46,353 nucleotides of DNA from Chiloscyllium plagiosum (lineage: Eukaryota). Position numbers and translations under genes: made by a program. The number at the start of each line of letters is the position of its first letter. Positions within the stretch are counted from its first letter, which is position 1. This document shows positions 1 through 10,552 of this stretch, piece by piece. The notes beneath the pieces were generated by a model. That model saw only the letters and a program-made list of their open reading frames with translations, ran no database searches and was not told the DNA's origin. The DNA lies in assembly GCF_004010195.1 (NCBI RefSeq), contig NC_057719.1, positions 2,159,267 through 2,205,619 on the forward strand, given 5' to 3'.

Positions 1-360
1 GAATTTCTTCCCAGGGTGGTCAGTTTGTTGAATTCTTCACCACAGAGCACTGTTGACACTGGCTCGTTCAGTATATCCAAGGCTGAGAGAGATGGATTTT
101 TAAATCAGGAAGGGAATCCAGGGTTGTGGGGGAAAAGGCAAGAAAGTGAAGCTGAGGATTATTAAATCAGCCATTGAATACTGGAGCAGGCTTGATGGGC
201 TGAATGTCATTGCGAGTGTGTTGCTGGAAAAGCACAGCAGGTCAGGTAGCATCCGAGGAGCAGGAGAATCGACGTTTTAGGCATAAGCCCTTCATCAGGA
301 ATGAGGCTTGTCTTGATGGGCTGAATGGCCGACTTCTACTGCTGTGTATTATCGTGTTCT
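1..360 (+). mobile_element. Decayed CR1-type LINE 3' end
   Basis: Resembles the other CR1 3' ends in the window (FF.QRVV..WN.L coding remnant, then the GATGGGCTGAATGGCC tail). Interrupted by the insertion at 207-311. Confidence 0.6.
207..311 (-). mobile_element. Short PLE-terminus element (family A) with mutated hammerhead core
   Basis: 16-bp direct repeat CTTGATGGGCTGAATG at 191-206 and 312-327. Minus strand reads CTGATGA-AGGGCTTATGCCT-AAAA-CGTC, so GAAA is lost. Confidence 0.8.
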
Positions 361-1097
361 GAGGTATAGTCACTGTTGTAAGCAACATAATCACAACATT
401 GGATTGGATTGGATACTCCTGCTGTTAAGGTTTTACTGATGCCTCATCCCAAAGAAGTATTGTTGCTCTTTATAAGTTAACAGGGGGAATGAAACAATAG
501 AAAATATTCCCAGTTCAGTTTGGGAGCTGTACTGACTGGTTTTTTGAACAATGTGATACTAATGTTTTCAGATTCTTTCAACATGAAGATTCTGATAGAT
601 GCAGTATAGCATGAGCTGTAGCTGATGTAATCTCTTCAATTTGAATTAAATTTTGGAAGGATTGATGGTGTTTTTTACTCAACTCCTTGATTTCGTTTTA
701 GTCCTTATCTTCAATTGTTGTGTAATATGCTACTGTAGCTTGGTTACACTGTTGATACAATCTAGTATATAGAACACAGAAGAGTATAGCACAGGAACAG
801 GCCCTTTGGCCCATCATGTCTGTGCTGGCCATGATGTTATTGTAAACTAATCCTATCAGCCTGCACATGGCCCATATCCCTCTAATCCCTGTCTGTTCCT
901 CTCTCTGTCTAAATGCCTCTTAAAGGTTGCAACAGTATTTGCTTCTACCACTCCCCTGGCAGTGTGTTCCAGGCACCTAACACCTTCTATGTAAAGTACC
1001 CTTTCACTTTCATATTTGACATTTACATCCTGGGGAAGAAAAAGACTCTAACTATCCACCCGATCCATGCCTCTCGTAATTTTATACACTTCTATCA

Positions 1098-1385
1098 GAA
1101 CATAGAACAATGCAGCGCAGAACAGGCTCTTCGGCCAGCAATGTTGTGCCGACCTGTGAACTATTCTCAGCTCGCCCCTCCTACACTATCCCAAAATCAT
1201 CCATGTGCTTATCTAAGGATTGTTTGAATCTCCCTATTGCGACTGAGTTGACCACATTAGCAGGTAGGGCATTCCACGCCCTTACCACTCTCTGCGTAAA
1301 GAACCTGCCTCTGACATCTGTCTTAAATCTATCACCCCTCAATTTGTAGTTCTGCCCTCTAATACAAGCTGACGTTATCATCCAG
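1098..1385 (-). mobile_element. Younger CR1 3'-end fragment nested in the older CR1
   Basis: Peptide RGQNYKLRGDRFKTDVRGRFFTQRVVRAWNALP, close to the copy at 16799-17184. Ends in a TGTTCTATG-type tail. Confidence 0.88.
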
Positions 1386-2115
1386 GTTGCCTCCTCAGCC
1401 TCCAACACTCTAGTGAAAACAATCCAAGTTTGTCTAACCCCTCCTTATAACTAATACACTCCAATCCAGGCAACATCCTGGTAAACTTCTTCTGCACCCT
1501 CTCCAAAGCCTCCACATCCTTCCTGTAGTATGATGATCAGAATTGCACAAGACACTCCAAATGTGGCCTAATCAAAGTCTTCTCCAGCTGCAACATCACT
1601 TTGCCAACTTATATACTCAGCACCCCAGCAGATGAAGGTAAACGTGCCGTATGTCTTTGTTACCACCTTATCCACTTGTGTTGCCACTTTGAGGGATTTA
1701 AGGATTTGCATCCCAAGATCCCACTGAATATCAGTACTCCCAAGAATCCTGCCACTTACTATATCTTTCCCAAAATGAGTCACCTCACACTTGTCCTGAT
1801 TAAGCTTCATTTGCCATTACTCCATCCAGCTTTCCATCTGATCTATATCCTGCTGTATCCTTACCAACTTTCCTCATTACCTACATCTCCTCCAATTTTC
1901 ATGTCGCCTGAAAACATAATAATCAGACTACCTAGACTTTCATACAAATCACTATTTTCATTTTGCATTTTAAAATTTCAAAGATAAAACCCTTCAGGCC
2001 TGAAGTACTCCCAATAATCTGCCGTTTTAATTCCTGCATTCACAATGGTATTTGCCCATGTAAACATGTCACATAGTAATTACAGTCTCCCAGCAGTGGG
2101 GGCATTCCAACATCA

Positions 2116-2475
2116 GACCCCATCAACTACTCCGATCCCTTGGCATCATGGTAGCCCACAAACCCACCAACACACTAAAATAGCAGCTAATGAACTTGAA
2201 AGACCCTATACAGACAATGAGCAAAACTAAGGTCATTTACAAAATACCGTGCAAGGACTGTAACAAACACTACATTGGACAAACAGGCAGAAAGCTAGCC
2301 ACCAGGATACATGAACACCAACTAGCCACAAAAAGACATGACCCTCTCTCACTAGTACCCTCACATACGGATGAGGAAGGACACCACTTCGACTGGGACA
2401 ACACATTCAGCTCAGCGAGCAAACCTACATCCAAAACCTCAACCTGAGCTACAAATCTTCTCAAAACTCGCTAAC
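2116..2475 (+). mobile_element. Penelope-like element fragment (GIY-YIG endonuclease region plus 3' end)
   Basis: ORF 2190-2447 contains VIYKIPCKDCNKHYIGQTGRKLATRIHEH (GIY-YIG). Flanked by TCCAACATCA at 2106-2115 and 2476-2485. Its 3' end matches 17585-17652. Confidence 0.88.
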
Positions 2476-2517
2476 TCCAACATCACTATTCCAAGGTCAC
2501 TTATTTATATATATAAA

Positions 2518-2662
2518 GTTAAAAATCACATAACACCAGGTTATAGTTCAACAGGTTTATTTGGAAGCACTAGCTTTCAAGGTGCTGCCTCTTGATGAAC
2601 TATAACCTGGTGTGAGATTTAACTTCGTCCACCCTTGTCCAACACCGACACCTCCGAATCAC
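2518..2662. mobile_element. Short fold-back element (family C), internally deleted
   Basis: Inverted arms GTTAAAAATCAC..ACACCAGGTTATAG / CTATAACCTGGTGTG, homologous to 11654-11865 and 42826-42996. Confidence 0.7.
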
Positions 2663-3821
2663 ACATATACAGTGAGAGGTCCCAGCAATGATGCTTGTGG
2701 AACACCTCTGTTCGCAGACCACCAGTCAGAAAAACACCCCTCCATAACTACCCTCTGTCTTCTATGACCAAGCCAGTTTTATATCCAATTTACCAACTCA
2801 CCATGGATCCCATGTGACTTCGTCTTCTGGACCATCTTACCATGTGAGACCTTACCAAATGCTTTAGTAGAGTCCATACAGACAACATCCACTGCCCTAC
2901 CCTCATCAATCATCCTTGTCACTTGCTCAGATTTCTGAGATAAGACCTTCCCTGCACACAGTCATGCTGACTATCACAAATAAGTCCATTCTTTATCAAA
3001 CGTGAGTAAATCCTGTCCCTCGGAATCTTCTCCAGTAATTTCCCTACCATTGATGTAAAGCCTATAATTTTCAGGATTATCCTTGTTACCCTGCTTAAGC
3101 AAAGGAACAACATTCACTATAGTGACACTGGAATAGTGATGTTGGAGTGCCCCCACTGCTGGGAGACTGTAATTACATGGGCAGATACCATTGTGTGACA
3201 TGTTTACATGGGCAGATACCATTGTGAATGCAGGAATTAAAACGGCAGATTATTGGGAGTACTTCAGGCCTGAAGGGTTTTATCTTTGAAATTTTAAAAT
3301 GCAAATATTAATGTATATTTCTATAAAAATTAGAATATTTTGTGAGCAGAATTGTTGATTTTTAATTACTAAATTAAGCTGGAGTATGTTTTTTTATAAG
3401 AAAAATGTGAATAATGTTGGCTGACTTTACCTGAGCGAGAACTGGCAATAGGCCTGTGGGGTTAAATTCCTTTCTAGTCTTTAATTTCGACTTGTATTAG
3501 ACTCCACTGCCACATACACTAGCTGCCAGATAACTCATCCAAATGACCAAATTACCATTTAATACTGGATCACCTTTTGCTGTTAGAAAGGAATAACCAT
3601 AATATTTGGGCTTTTCAAAAAAAACTTGGATTGATATTCATAATCTGATTCACTTATTTGTCCTGGAGTAGAAGAAAGCCATTCAGCCTATTAAGTTTGT
3701 GCTGGATCTTTGAACGAATTCTCCAGTTACTCCTATTGCTTTTTGGTTTCTCATCCTGCCCATAACCCTGGACAGGTTCTTTTCAAGTTCACGCAATTCC
3801 AGTTGAACAGTTATAATTTAT

Positions 3822-4133
3822 GGGTGGCACGGTGGTTAGCACTGCTGCCTCACAGCGCCAGAGTCCGGGGTTCAATTCCCGCCTCAGGCGACTGTCTGAG
3901 TTTGCACATTCTCCCCGTGTCTGCGTGGGTTTCCTCCGGGTGCTCTGGTTTCCTCCCACAGTCCAAAAATGTGCAGGTCAGGTGAATTGGCCATGCTAAA
4001 TTGTCCGTAGTGTTAGGTAAGGAGTAAATGTAGGGGAATGGGTCTGGGTGGGTTGCGCTTTGGCGGGTCGGTGTGGACTTGTTGGGCCGAAGGGCCTGTT
4101 TCCACACTGTAAGTAATCTAATCTAAAAAAAAA
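3822..4133 (+). mobile_element. tRNA-derived V-SINE (HE1-like)
   Basis: Head with Pol III A/B-box-like GGTGGTTAGC...GGTTCAATTCC, V-domain TTTGCACATTCTCCCCGTGTCTGCGTGGGTTTCCTCCGGG, and tail GGCCGAAGGGCCTGTTTCC followed by (AATCT)n. Confidence 0.9.
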
Positions 4134-4539
4134 TTTCATCTGTTGTGCATCTGGGTTTCTCATCAATTCCCCTTTGCCAGTTATCTTTATTTGGGAAGTG
4201 CATGAAGATCTTTTGTCGGGTATGGGGAAGTCCACTGCATAAGAAAGGTGTGTGTGGGACAAATGGCGTCCTCCCAAACATTACTGTGTTGTGTCTGATC
4301 CTCAAGCAGTGTTGCAATGTTGGCCTGTTGTGACCAGGGCTGGGTCCGGTGTAGTCAATACTTGATCACCAAAACCATGTTGACTTTGTGCTAAATGCCA
4401 GCTGGGTAGTGGAACAGTTCTGCCTTTTGATCCCATTTTCCCTAACCAAACATAGAGCTAACGTTAGTAAACTTCCTGCCCACCTGATGTTAGCTGTTTC
4501 TGCACCAGCTTAGCGCCCAAATTGGGCTAGTTTGTATGA

Positions 4540-5070
4540 AGGAAAGAAAACTTGAATTTCTCATAGCGCCTACCAAAATCCTTCATCCTAAAACACTTCA
4601 GCCACTCAAGTCACTGTAATTTACAAAATATGGTAGATAAAAGATGCACAGCAAGCTTCCACAAAGAACAACTTGAGTGGTTGGCATGTGGAACCAGGTA
4701 CCTTTGGAATATAAATCTTATAAAAGCATTAAAAAAACAAATGGATGTTGATGCTGATTGGATGGGCTCATAAGGAAATTTATCTTCTCCTGTGGTAGGT
4801 CCATGCTGTCAATGGCCAGTTAATCTGTTTATTGCTCTAGCCTACAGGGGAGATATCTCTTCCACGTTCAAAATATTAGTACGGAATATTTCACAACCCA
4901 TCTGAGAGAGCAGAGGGATCTTCAATTTAATGTCTCATGTAGAAGCTGCATGCATTGACAGTGCAGCACTCCCTCAGTACCGCGCTGCAACTGTTGACCC
5001 GGAGTCTCTGGTCAGGCTTGAACCTGGAACCTTCTGACCTAAAGTGACAGTACGACCCTGCTGGGCCAAA
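4540..5070 (-). mobile_element. Old Deu-domain SINE relic (SacSINE1/AmnSINE-like)
   Basis: Minus strand of 4957-4988 reads CAGCGCGGTACTGAGGGAGTGCTGCACTGTC, recognised from memory as the Deu core. A tRNA-like B-box lies near 5015-5030. Boundaries are approximate. Confidence 0.55.
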
Positions 5071-6179
5071 GTTAAATATTGGAGACGGTATTGGTGACCC
5101 AGCAGTATGTGAATAATAGCAAACGCTCACCCCTTTGTCAACATGTTAATCTACGCGGCCAGAGCAGCGTGGGAAGTGGGAGACTAGGGGAAGGAATGCG
5201 GAAACTCTGTGCGTATTTCAATGTCTGCCCTATCTAAAACACAGCACAGCATAAGTACGTGTCTGTTTCAGTTAGTCTCTCGTGCTGGATGGGTGTGGTG
5301 ATTCCAACAGTCTTGAGAAAATAGCTAGACCTGAGATTTGTTTTGTTTCAGAATTCCTTAGTATTTCCGTTCTGGCTGAAAAAAGAACTCCGAGCAGAAC
5401 TTCCTGCAAAGTTTGTGGGGAAACTCAAAAACAATGTGCAGTTATCAAACGGTGCAGGCCTCAGCTACTCCCTTCATCTTTGAAAGGTGAATGCTAACAA
5501 TCTTGGATGTTGATAGCTGAGATGATGAACTGAATAGACATCTTGATTTGTTTTTTCTCTCTCTTTCCCGGTTTTTATTGAATAGTTAATTCCTCCTTCT
5601 GGGGTGCTGCCCCAGACATCACCTAGACCTGCAGTCAAGTGCTCATGAACAAGTGTTGCTGTTTGACTGTTGTGGACACGATGGTCTATTCTAATCCTCT
5701 TCATGTTCCATGCAGGGATGTGTGCATGCTTGCATGACCAGGTCATCTGACCACCATCTTTTCCCCGTTCCCTTCTCTCCCTGAGGTTCCTCCACAAAAG
5801 TATTGAGAATAACTAATTCAATACAGGATCAATATTGGAGGTGGGATGAATCTCCCGTTTCTCTCTTACTCAGCTAATGATTATTAAACCATGAGGCAGT
5901 CTCTTCCAAGTGTCTGAAACAAAGCATAGAATGTCTTGGCTTCTCTCCGTCCACTCGGTTTCCTATTGATTTAGGTAGAATTTCAGATCACCGTGGAGTA
6001 ATGGAATCAGAATGGACGTTCTACCATTCTCTTGGATCCAAGCCTTTGAAAGTTGTTATGGTCCAGTTTTCTCAAGGAAGTTAGAAATTTTGCCTGGTCC
6101 CTTGGAGCTTATACTGACGAAAGAATTTTCGGAGAGAGACTCTCAATTTCTGCTTTATCTTCCTTAACTAGCTACTAAG

Positions 6180-6432
6180 ATTTGATTGATTTATTACTGT
6201 GCCTAGGTACAGTGAAAAGTTTTGTTTTGCATGCAGTACAAGCAGATTATGTCATATAAAATGCATTAGGGTAATAGAAAAGAGCAAGGAAAACAATGCT
6301 ACGGCAGCAGAGAAGGAGCACAAAGAGTGAGATCAACATTACATTTGAAATTTGAGAGATCCATTCAGGAGAGTAATAAACAGCAGGGAAGAAGCTGTTC
6401 CCAAATCTGTTAGTCTGTGTGGTTCAGCTTTT
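6180..6432 (-). mobile_element. Rex-Babar-like LINE 3' tail fragment
   Basis: Similar to 35770-36010 (TACAGTGAAAAG..TTGTTTTGC...GGGAAGAAGCTGTTC). Confidence 0.6.
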
Positions 6433-6465
6433 GTAATAGGCCTGTTAAACAAAAGGCAACCATTA

Positions 6466-6783
6466 GTCTAGGAGAAAGTGAGGACTATAGATGCTGGAGA
6501 TGAGAGTCAAAAAGTGTGGTGCTGGAAAAGCACAGTTGGTCAGGCTGCTACCGAGGAGCAGCAGAGTCGACGTTTCCACCATAAGCTCTTCATTGGGAAT
6601 GATCGCCTGATGAAGAGCTTTTGTTTGAAACATTGCTACCGAGGAGCAGGAGAGGCAGTGTTTCAAACAGAAGCTTTTCATCAGGCGGTCATTCCCCATG
6701 AAGAGCTTATGGTGGAAACGTCGACTCTGCTGCTTCTTGGTAGCAGCCTGACCAACTGTGCTTTTCCAGCACCACACCTTTTG
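6466..6783. mobile_element. Palindromic PLE-terminus element (family A) with four degenerate hammerhead-like units
   Basis: About 6507-6636 is nearly the reverse complement of 6655-6783. AACCATTA flanks it at 6458-6465 and 6784-6791. The ORF track gives almost the same peptide on both strands. Confidence 0.88.
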
Positions 6784-7661
6784 AACCATTAACATAGGGC
6801 CACCTTGGTTTTTTAAAACCAGATTTTCCAATAACTAAGGACCATAAATCCCATTTATTAAATCCCCTTGAAAGCTTTGTTTGTCTTTTCTCCAGAGTCA
6901 TTGATTTGTTTGTAAAATGCAGGTGACTCACTGCACATGTTAAGCTGCGGACTTCTTTCTTTGATAAAACTACATGCTTTTCAGTTCTGAAAATGTCCAA
7001 ACTGGTCTGTATCTTCAAATGTTTCACACAATCCTTTAGTGTAAGCATGTATTCCCAACGCTGGTTGTTAGATGAGGAACAATGGAGTGTAAACACTGGC
7101 ATGGACCTATCTGGTGGAGCTGAACAGTCTCTTTCTGTGCTGTAAAGGCTTGGTGATTCCTTGCCACTATGGATATTCCAAAGTGGATATTGCCAATAAT
7201 GTACTTATCTCTAATCACTGTCATGTAGGAAATGTAGCAGCTAATTTGTGGGAACTTGCATTGTGCAATGTAATAATGTCCAAAAGTTTGTGATAATGTT
7301 TGACGGTTAATTATCCACTGAGCGGACTTTCCAGACACATTTTAACTAGTCCAGTGGGGATCTGTAGAGAAGGCAGATCGATGGGGTTAGAATTGATATC
7401 AACTAGGAGAAAGAGACCTCTATCCGCCATGTCAAGGACCTCCAAGCCCTCTGTTTCTTCCTCTCCTGGTGTCCTCACTGATGCTCTCATTTGTTTGGCT
7501 GAACTGGTCCTAACCCTTAACAATTTCTCCTTTGAATCCTCCCACTTCCTCCAGACCAAAGGGGTAGCCATGGGCACCTGCATGGGCCCCAGCTGTGCCT
7601 GTCTCCTTGTCAGTTGTGTGGAACATTCCATCTTCTGTAGTTGAAATAGAATAGAAAGCAC

Positions 7662-8008
7662 ATAGAATCCCTACAGTGTGGAAACAGGCCCTTCGGCCCA
7701 ACAAGTCCACACCGACCCTCCAGAGAGTAATCCACCCAGACTCATTCCCCTACCCTGTTACTTTGCATTTACCCCTAACTAATGCACTTAACCTATACAT
7801 CCCTGAACACTATGGGCAATTTAGCATTGCAAGTTCACCTAACCTGCACATATTTGGCTTGTGGGAGGAAACCGGAGCACCCAGAGGAAACCCACACAGA
7901 CTTGGGGAGAATGTACAAACTCCACACATACAGTCACCTGAGGCTGGAATCAAACCTGGGTCCCTGGTGCTGTGACGCAGTAGTGCCAACCACTGAGCGA
8001 CCGTGCCC
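7662..8008 (-). mobile_element. V-SINE (HE1-like), full length, inserted in the PLE
   Basis: Reverse complement of the same head, V-domain and tail as 3822-4133. Confidence 0.9.
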
Positions 8009-8596
8009 ACATGTTACACCAGCACCATTCTCCACCTTTTCCTCCACTACATTAATGACTGTATCGGTGCCACCTCGTGCTCCCACGAGGAGGTTGAACA
8101 GTTCATCAACTTCACCAACACATTCCACCTCAACCTTAAGTTCACCTGGACACCTCCCTCCCCTTTCTGGACCTCTCCATCTCCATCAATGGTGACCGAT
8201 TCAATACTGACATCTTCTACAATCCACCAACTCCCACAGCTACCCGGACTACACCTCCTCCCACTCTGCCTCCTGTAAAAGTGCTATCCCTTATTCCCAA
8301 TTCCTTCGCCTCCACCGCATCGGCTCCCAGGAGGAGCAGTTCCACCAAAGAACACATCAGATGGCCTCCTTCTTCAAAGAGTGCCATTTCCCCTCTCGCG
8401 TGGTTGATGATGCCATCCAGTGCATCTCATCCATCTCCCACACCTCTGCCCTTGAACCCCACCCTCCAACCGCAACAAGGACAGAACCCCCCTGGTCCTC
8501 ACCTTCCACATGTCATTTACTGTAACTATTGCTCTCGACGCAGTCTCCTCTACATTGGGGAGACAGGACATCTTCTTGAAGATTGTTTCAGAGAAC

Positions 8597-8758
8597 GTTC
8601 TCCCCGTGTCTGCATGGTGAATTGGCCATACTAAATTGCCCGTAGTGTTAGGTAAGGGGTAAATGTAGAGGCATGGGTGGGTTGCGCTTCGGCGGGTCGG
8701 TGTGGACTTGTTGGGCCCAAGGGCCTGTTTCCACGCTGTAATGTAATCTAAAAAAAAA
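8597..8758 (+). mobile_element. 5'-truncated V-SINE inserted in the PLE
   Basis: TTCTCCCCGTGTCTGC start, then the SINE 3' half and a TAATCT(A)n tail. Confidence 0.85.
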
Positions 8759-9546
8759 CATCTCCGGGACACCCACACCCTCCAAATCCCACTGCCCCGT
8801 GGCCGAACACTTCAACTTTCCCCCCTCGCTCCTCCATCTCCATACCCTCAGCACCCAACACCTGGACGAAGAATGCCTCTGCCTTGGGACCCTCCAACCC
8901 CAGGGCATCAATGTAGATTTCACCAGATTCCTCACCTCACCTCCCCCATCTTTTCCCAGATCCAACCTTCCAACCTGTCCATCTTCCTTCCCACCTATCT
9001 ACTTCACCTTCCTCTCCGACCTATCACCATTACCCCCACCTCCATCTACCTATCGCACTCTCAGCTCTCTCCCCCAACCCCAGCTCACAGCCTCATTCCT
9101 AATGAAGACCTTTAGCTGGCTACGTCGACTCTCCTGCTCCTCGGATGCTGCCTGACCTCCTGTGCTTTCCAACACCGCACTCTCGACTTAGAATAGATGT
9201 CAGCCTGATCTAACTGAGGAACTGACTGGCCTCCTCCTGCTCCCATAGAGGAGGTGGGGACATATGGATGCTGCTGTTGGGAGTCATTACCCTCTGTAGG
9301 GGTAAGAACATTCTCAAACAGGCAGATGTCCCTATGCCATTGTTGGTGACAGATGATGTCAGGAATAGTTTAACAATGTGAATGTAGGTGAGCACACAGT
9401 TAACAGTGTTCACATTAAATGCAATTGGCTTGAGTGTTAATACCCACTTGTCCCTTGGCCATATTTATGGGATATAACTGCACTGTCCATTCTACATTTA
9501 AGATAAACTGAGTGGATTTGGTTTTCTCCTTTTCCTCTTTGTGTAG

Positions 9547-9801
9547 ACGAAGGGCAACTGATTGAGCGAGCTGCTCACACAGGAATGATCAACCCAGGGG
9601 CCCAGTGGATGACCTTGCAGCACCACGGAGCCGTGGCTCACTTTGAATACAGCATCCGTGTGAAGTGTGAGGAATATTACTACGGCACTGCCTGCAACAA
9701 ACTCTGCCGGCCCCGTGACGATGTGTTTGGTCACTTTGTTTGTGACCAGAATGGGAACAAACTGTGTATGGAAGGCTGGATGGGGAGCGAATGTACTAAA
9801 G
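9547..9801 (+). CDS. Jagged/Serrate-family Notch ligand, internal coding exon (end of C2/MNNL domain plus DSL domain; equivalent to JAG1 exon 4)
   Basis: Pyrimidine tract 9521-9540, acceptor AG at 9545-9546, donor GTAAGG at 9802. Length is 255 bp, phase 1/1. Translates [84 protein letters not shown], with the six-Cys DSL pattern and the Jagged-type GMINP motif. JAG1 versus JAG2 orthology cannot be settled by eye, so no symbol is given. Confidence 0.96.
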
Positions 9802-9994
9802 GTAAGGAGTCTGCTGTTATACAAACTGGACTCTCAACTCGCATTGATGGGATCCATCCATTTACAATTCAGGGCCTAGGAAAGGATACAGGGCTGGTAC
9901 CAGGGGAGGGAGATGGTGAAGTAAACTCGCTGCAAAACCTAGAGTTCTTCTTAAAGTCAGACAAGCTTAAAAGGGAGGAGCAAGTTACTGTAGG

Positions 9995-10552
9995 TGCTGG
10001 AACCTGTACTAAAAACAGCAAATGCTGGAGAACACAGCGAGTCAGATGGCATGCATGGAGAGAGAGCAAGCTAATGGTTTGAATCTGGAAGACTCTTCAT
10101 CAAAGCTTATTCATTTAGCTTTGCACGGTGGCTCAGTGGTTAGCATTCATTTAGCTTTGCACGGTGGCTCAGTGGTTAGCACAGCTGCCTCACAGCGCTA
10201 GGGACCCGGGTTCAATTCCCGCCTCAGGTGACTGACTTTGTGGAGTTTGCACATTCTCCCCGTGTCTGCGTGGGTTTCCTCCGGGTGCTCCGGTTTCCTC
10301 CCACAGTCCAAAGATGTGCAGATTAGGGTGAATTGGCCATACTAAATTGCCCATAGTGTAGGTGCATTAGTCAGGGGTAAATGTAGGGGAATGCGTCTGG
10401 GTGGGTTGTTCTTCGGCGGGTCGGTGTGGACTTGTTGGGCTGAAGGGCCTGTTTCCACACTGTAGGGAATTTTAAAAAAAAAGACTCATCTAGACTCAAA
10501 ACATGAGCTTGCTCTCTCTCCGTAGATGCTGTCTGACCCACTGTGATCTCCA
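9995..10552. mobile_element. Fold-back PLE-terminus element (family B) split by a V-SINE
   Basis: Left arm about 10025-10107 and right arm 10118-10123 plus 10481-10552 are reverse-complementary (GGAGAGAGAGCAAGCT / AGCTTGCTCTCTCTCC). Degenerate TGATGAAGAGTC..GACTC.AAA hammerhead units are present. Confidence 0.72.
10123..10480 (+). mobile_element. V-SINE (HE1-like) with duplicated 5' junction
   Basis: Full head, V-domain and tail; 36-bp tandem duplication at 10109-10144 and 10145-10180. Confidence 0.9.

Larger units (their letters stand above)
765..3115 (-). mobile_element. 5'-truncated, frame-disrupted CR1 LINE carrying several nested insertions
   Basis: Minus-strand peptides VVPLLKQGNKDNPENYR, VGKLLEKI..DRIY and KCEVTHFGK...DLG are CR1 ORF2 RT-region motifs. 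The 3' tail is near 765-810. Confidence 0.88.
7425..9188 (+). mobile_element. Decayed Penelope-like retroelement (RT plus GIY-YIG plus family A terminus), interrupted by two SINEs
   Basis: Peptides LTLNNFSF...FLQTKGVAMGT.MGP (RT), FLHYINDCIG (degenerate YIDD) and VIYC..C....LYIGETG (GIY-YIG). The 3' end 9095-9188 is the family A terminal repeat with a decayed hammerhead. Confidence 0.88.

Noticed and set aside
3822..3895. tRNA gene-like heads here and at 10123, 25497, 31658, 31951 and 39650
   Set aside because: Each continues into the V-SINE body and tail, so they are SINE heads, not tRNA genes.
4070..4125. SINE 3' tail shared with CR1 tails (GGCCGAAGGGCCTGT)
   Set aside because: Real but already known: the HE1 SINE / HER1 LINE tail sharing in elasmobranchs.
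6463..6831. Overlapping antisense ORFs encoding nearly the same peptide
   Set aside because: This follows directly from the DNA palindrome; no coding signature.
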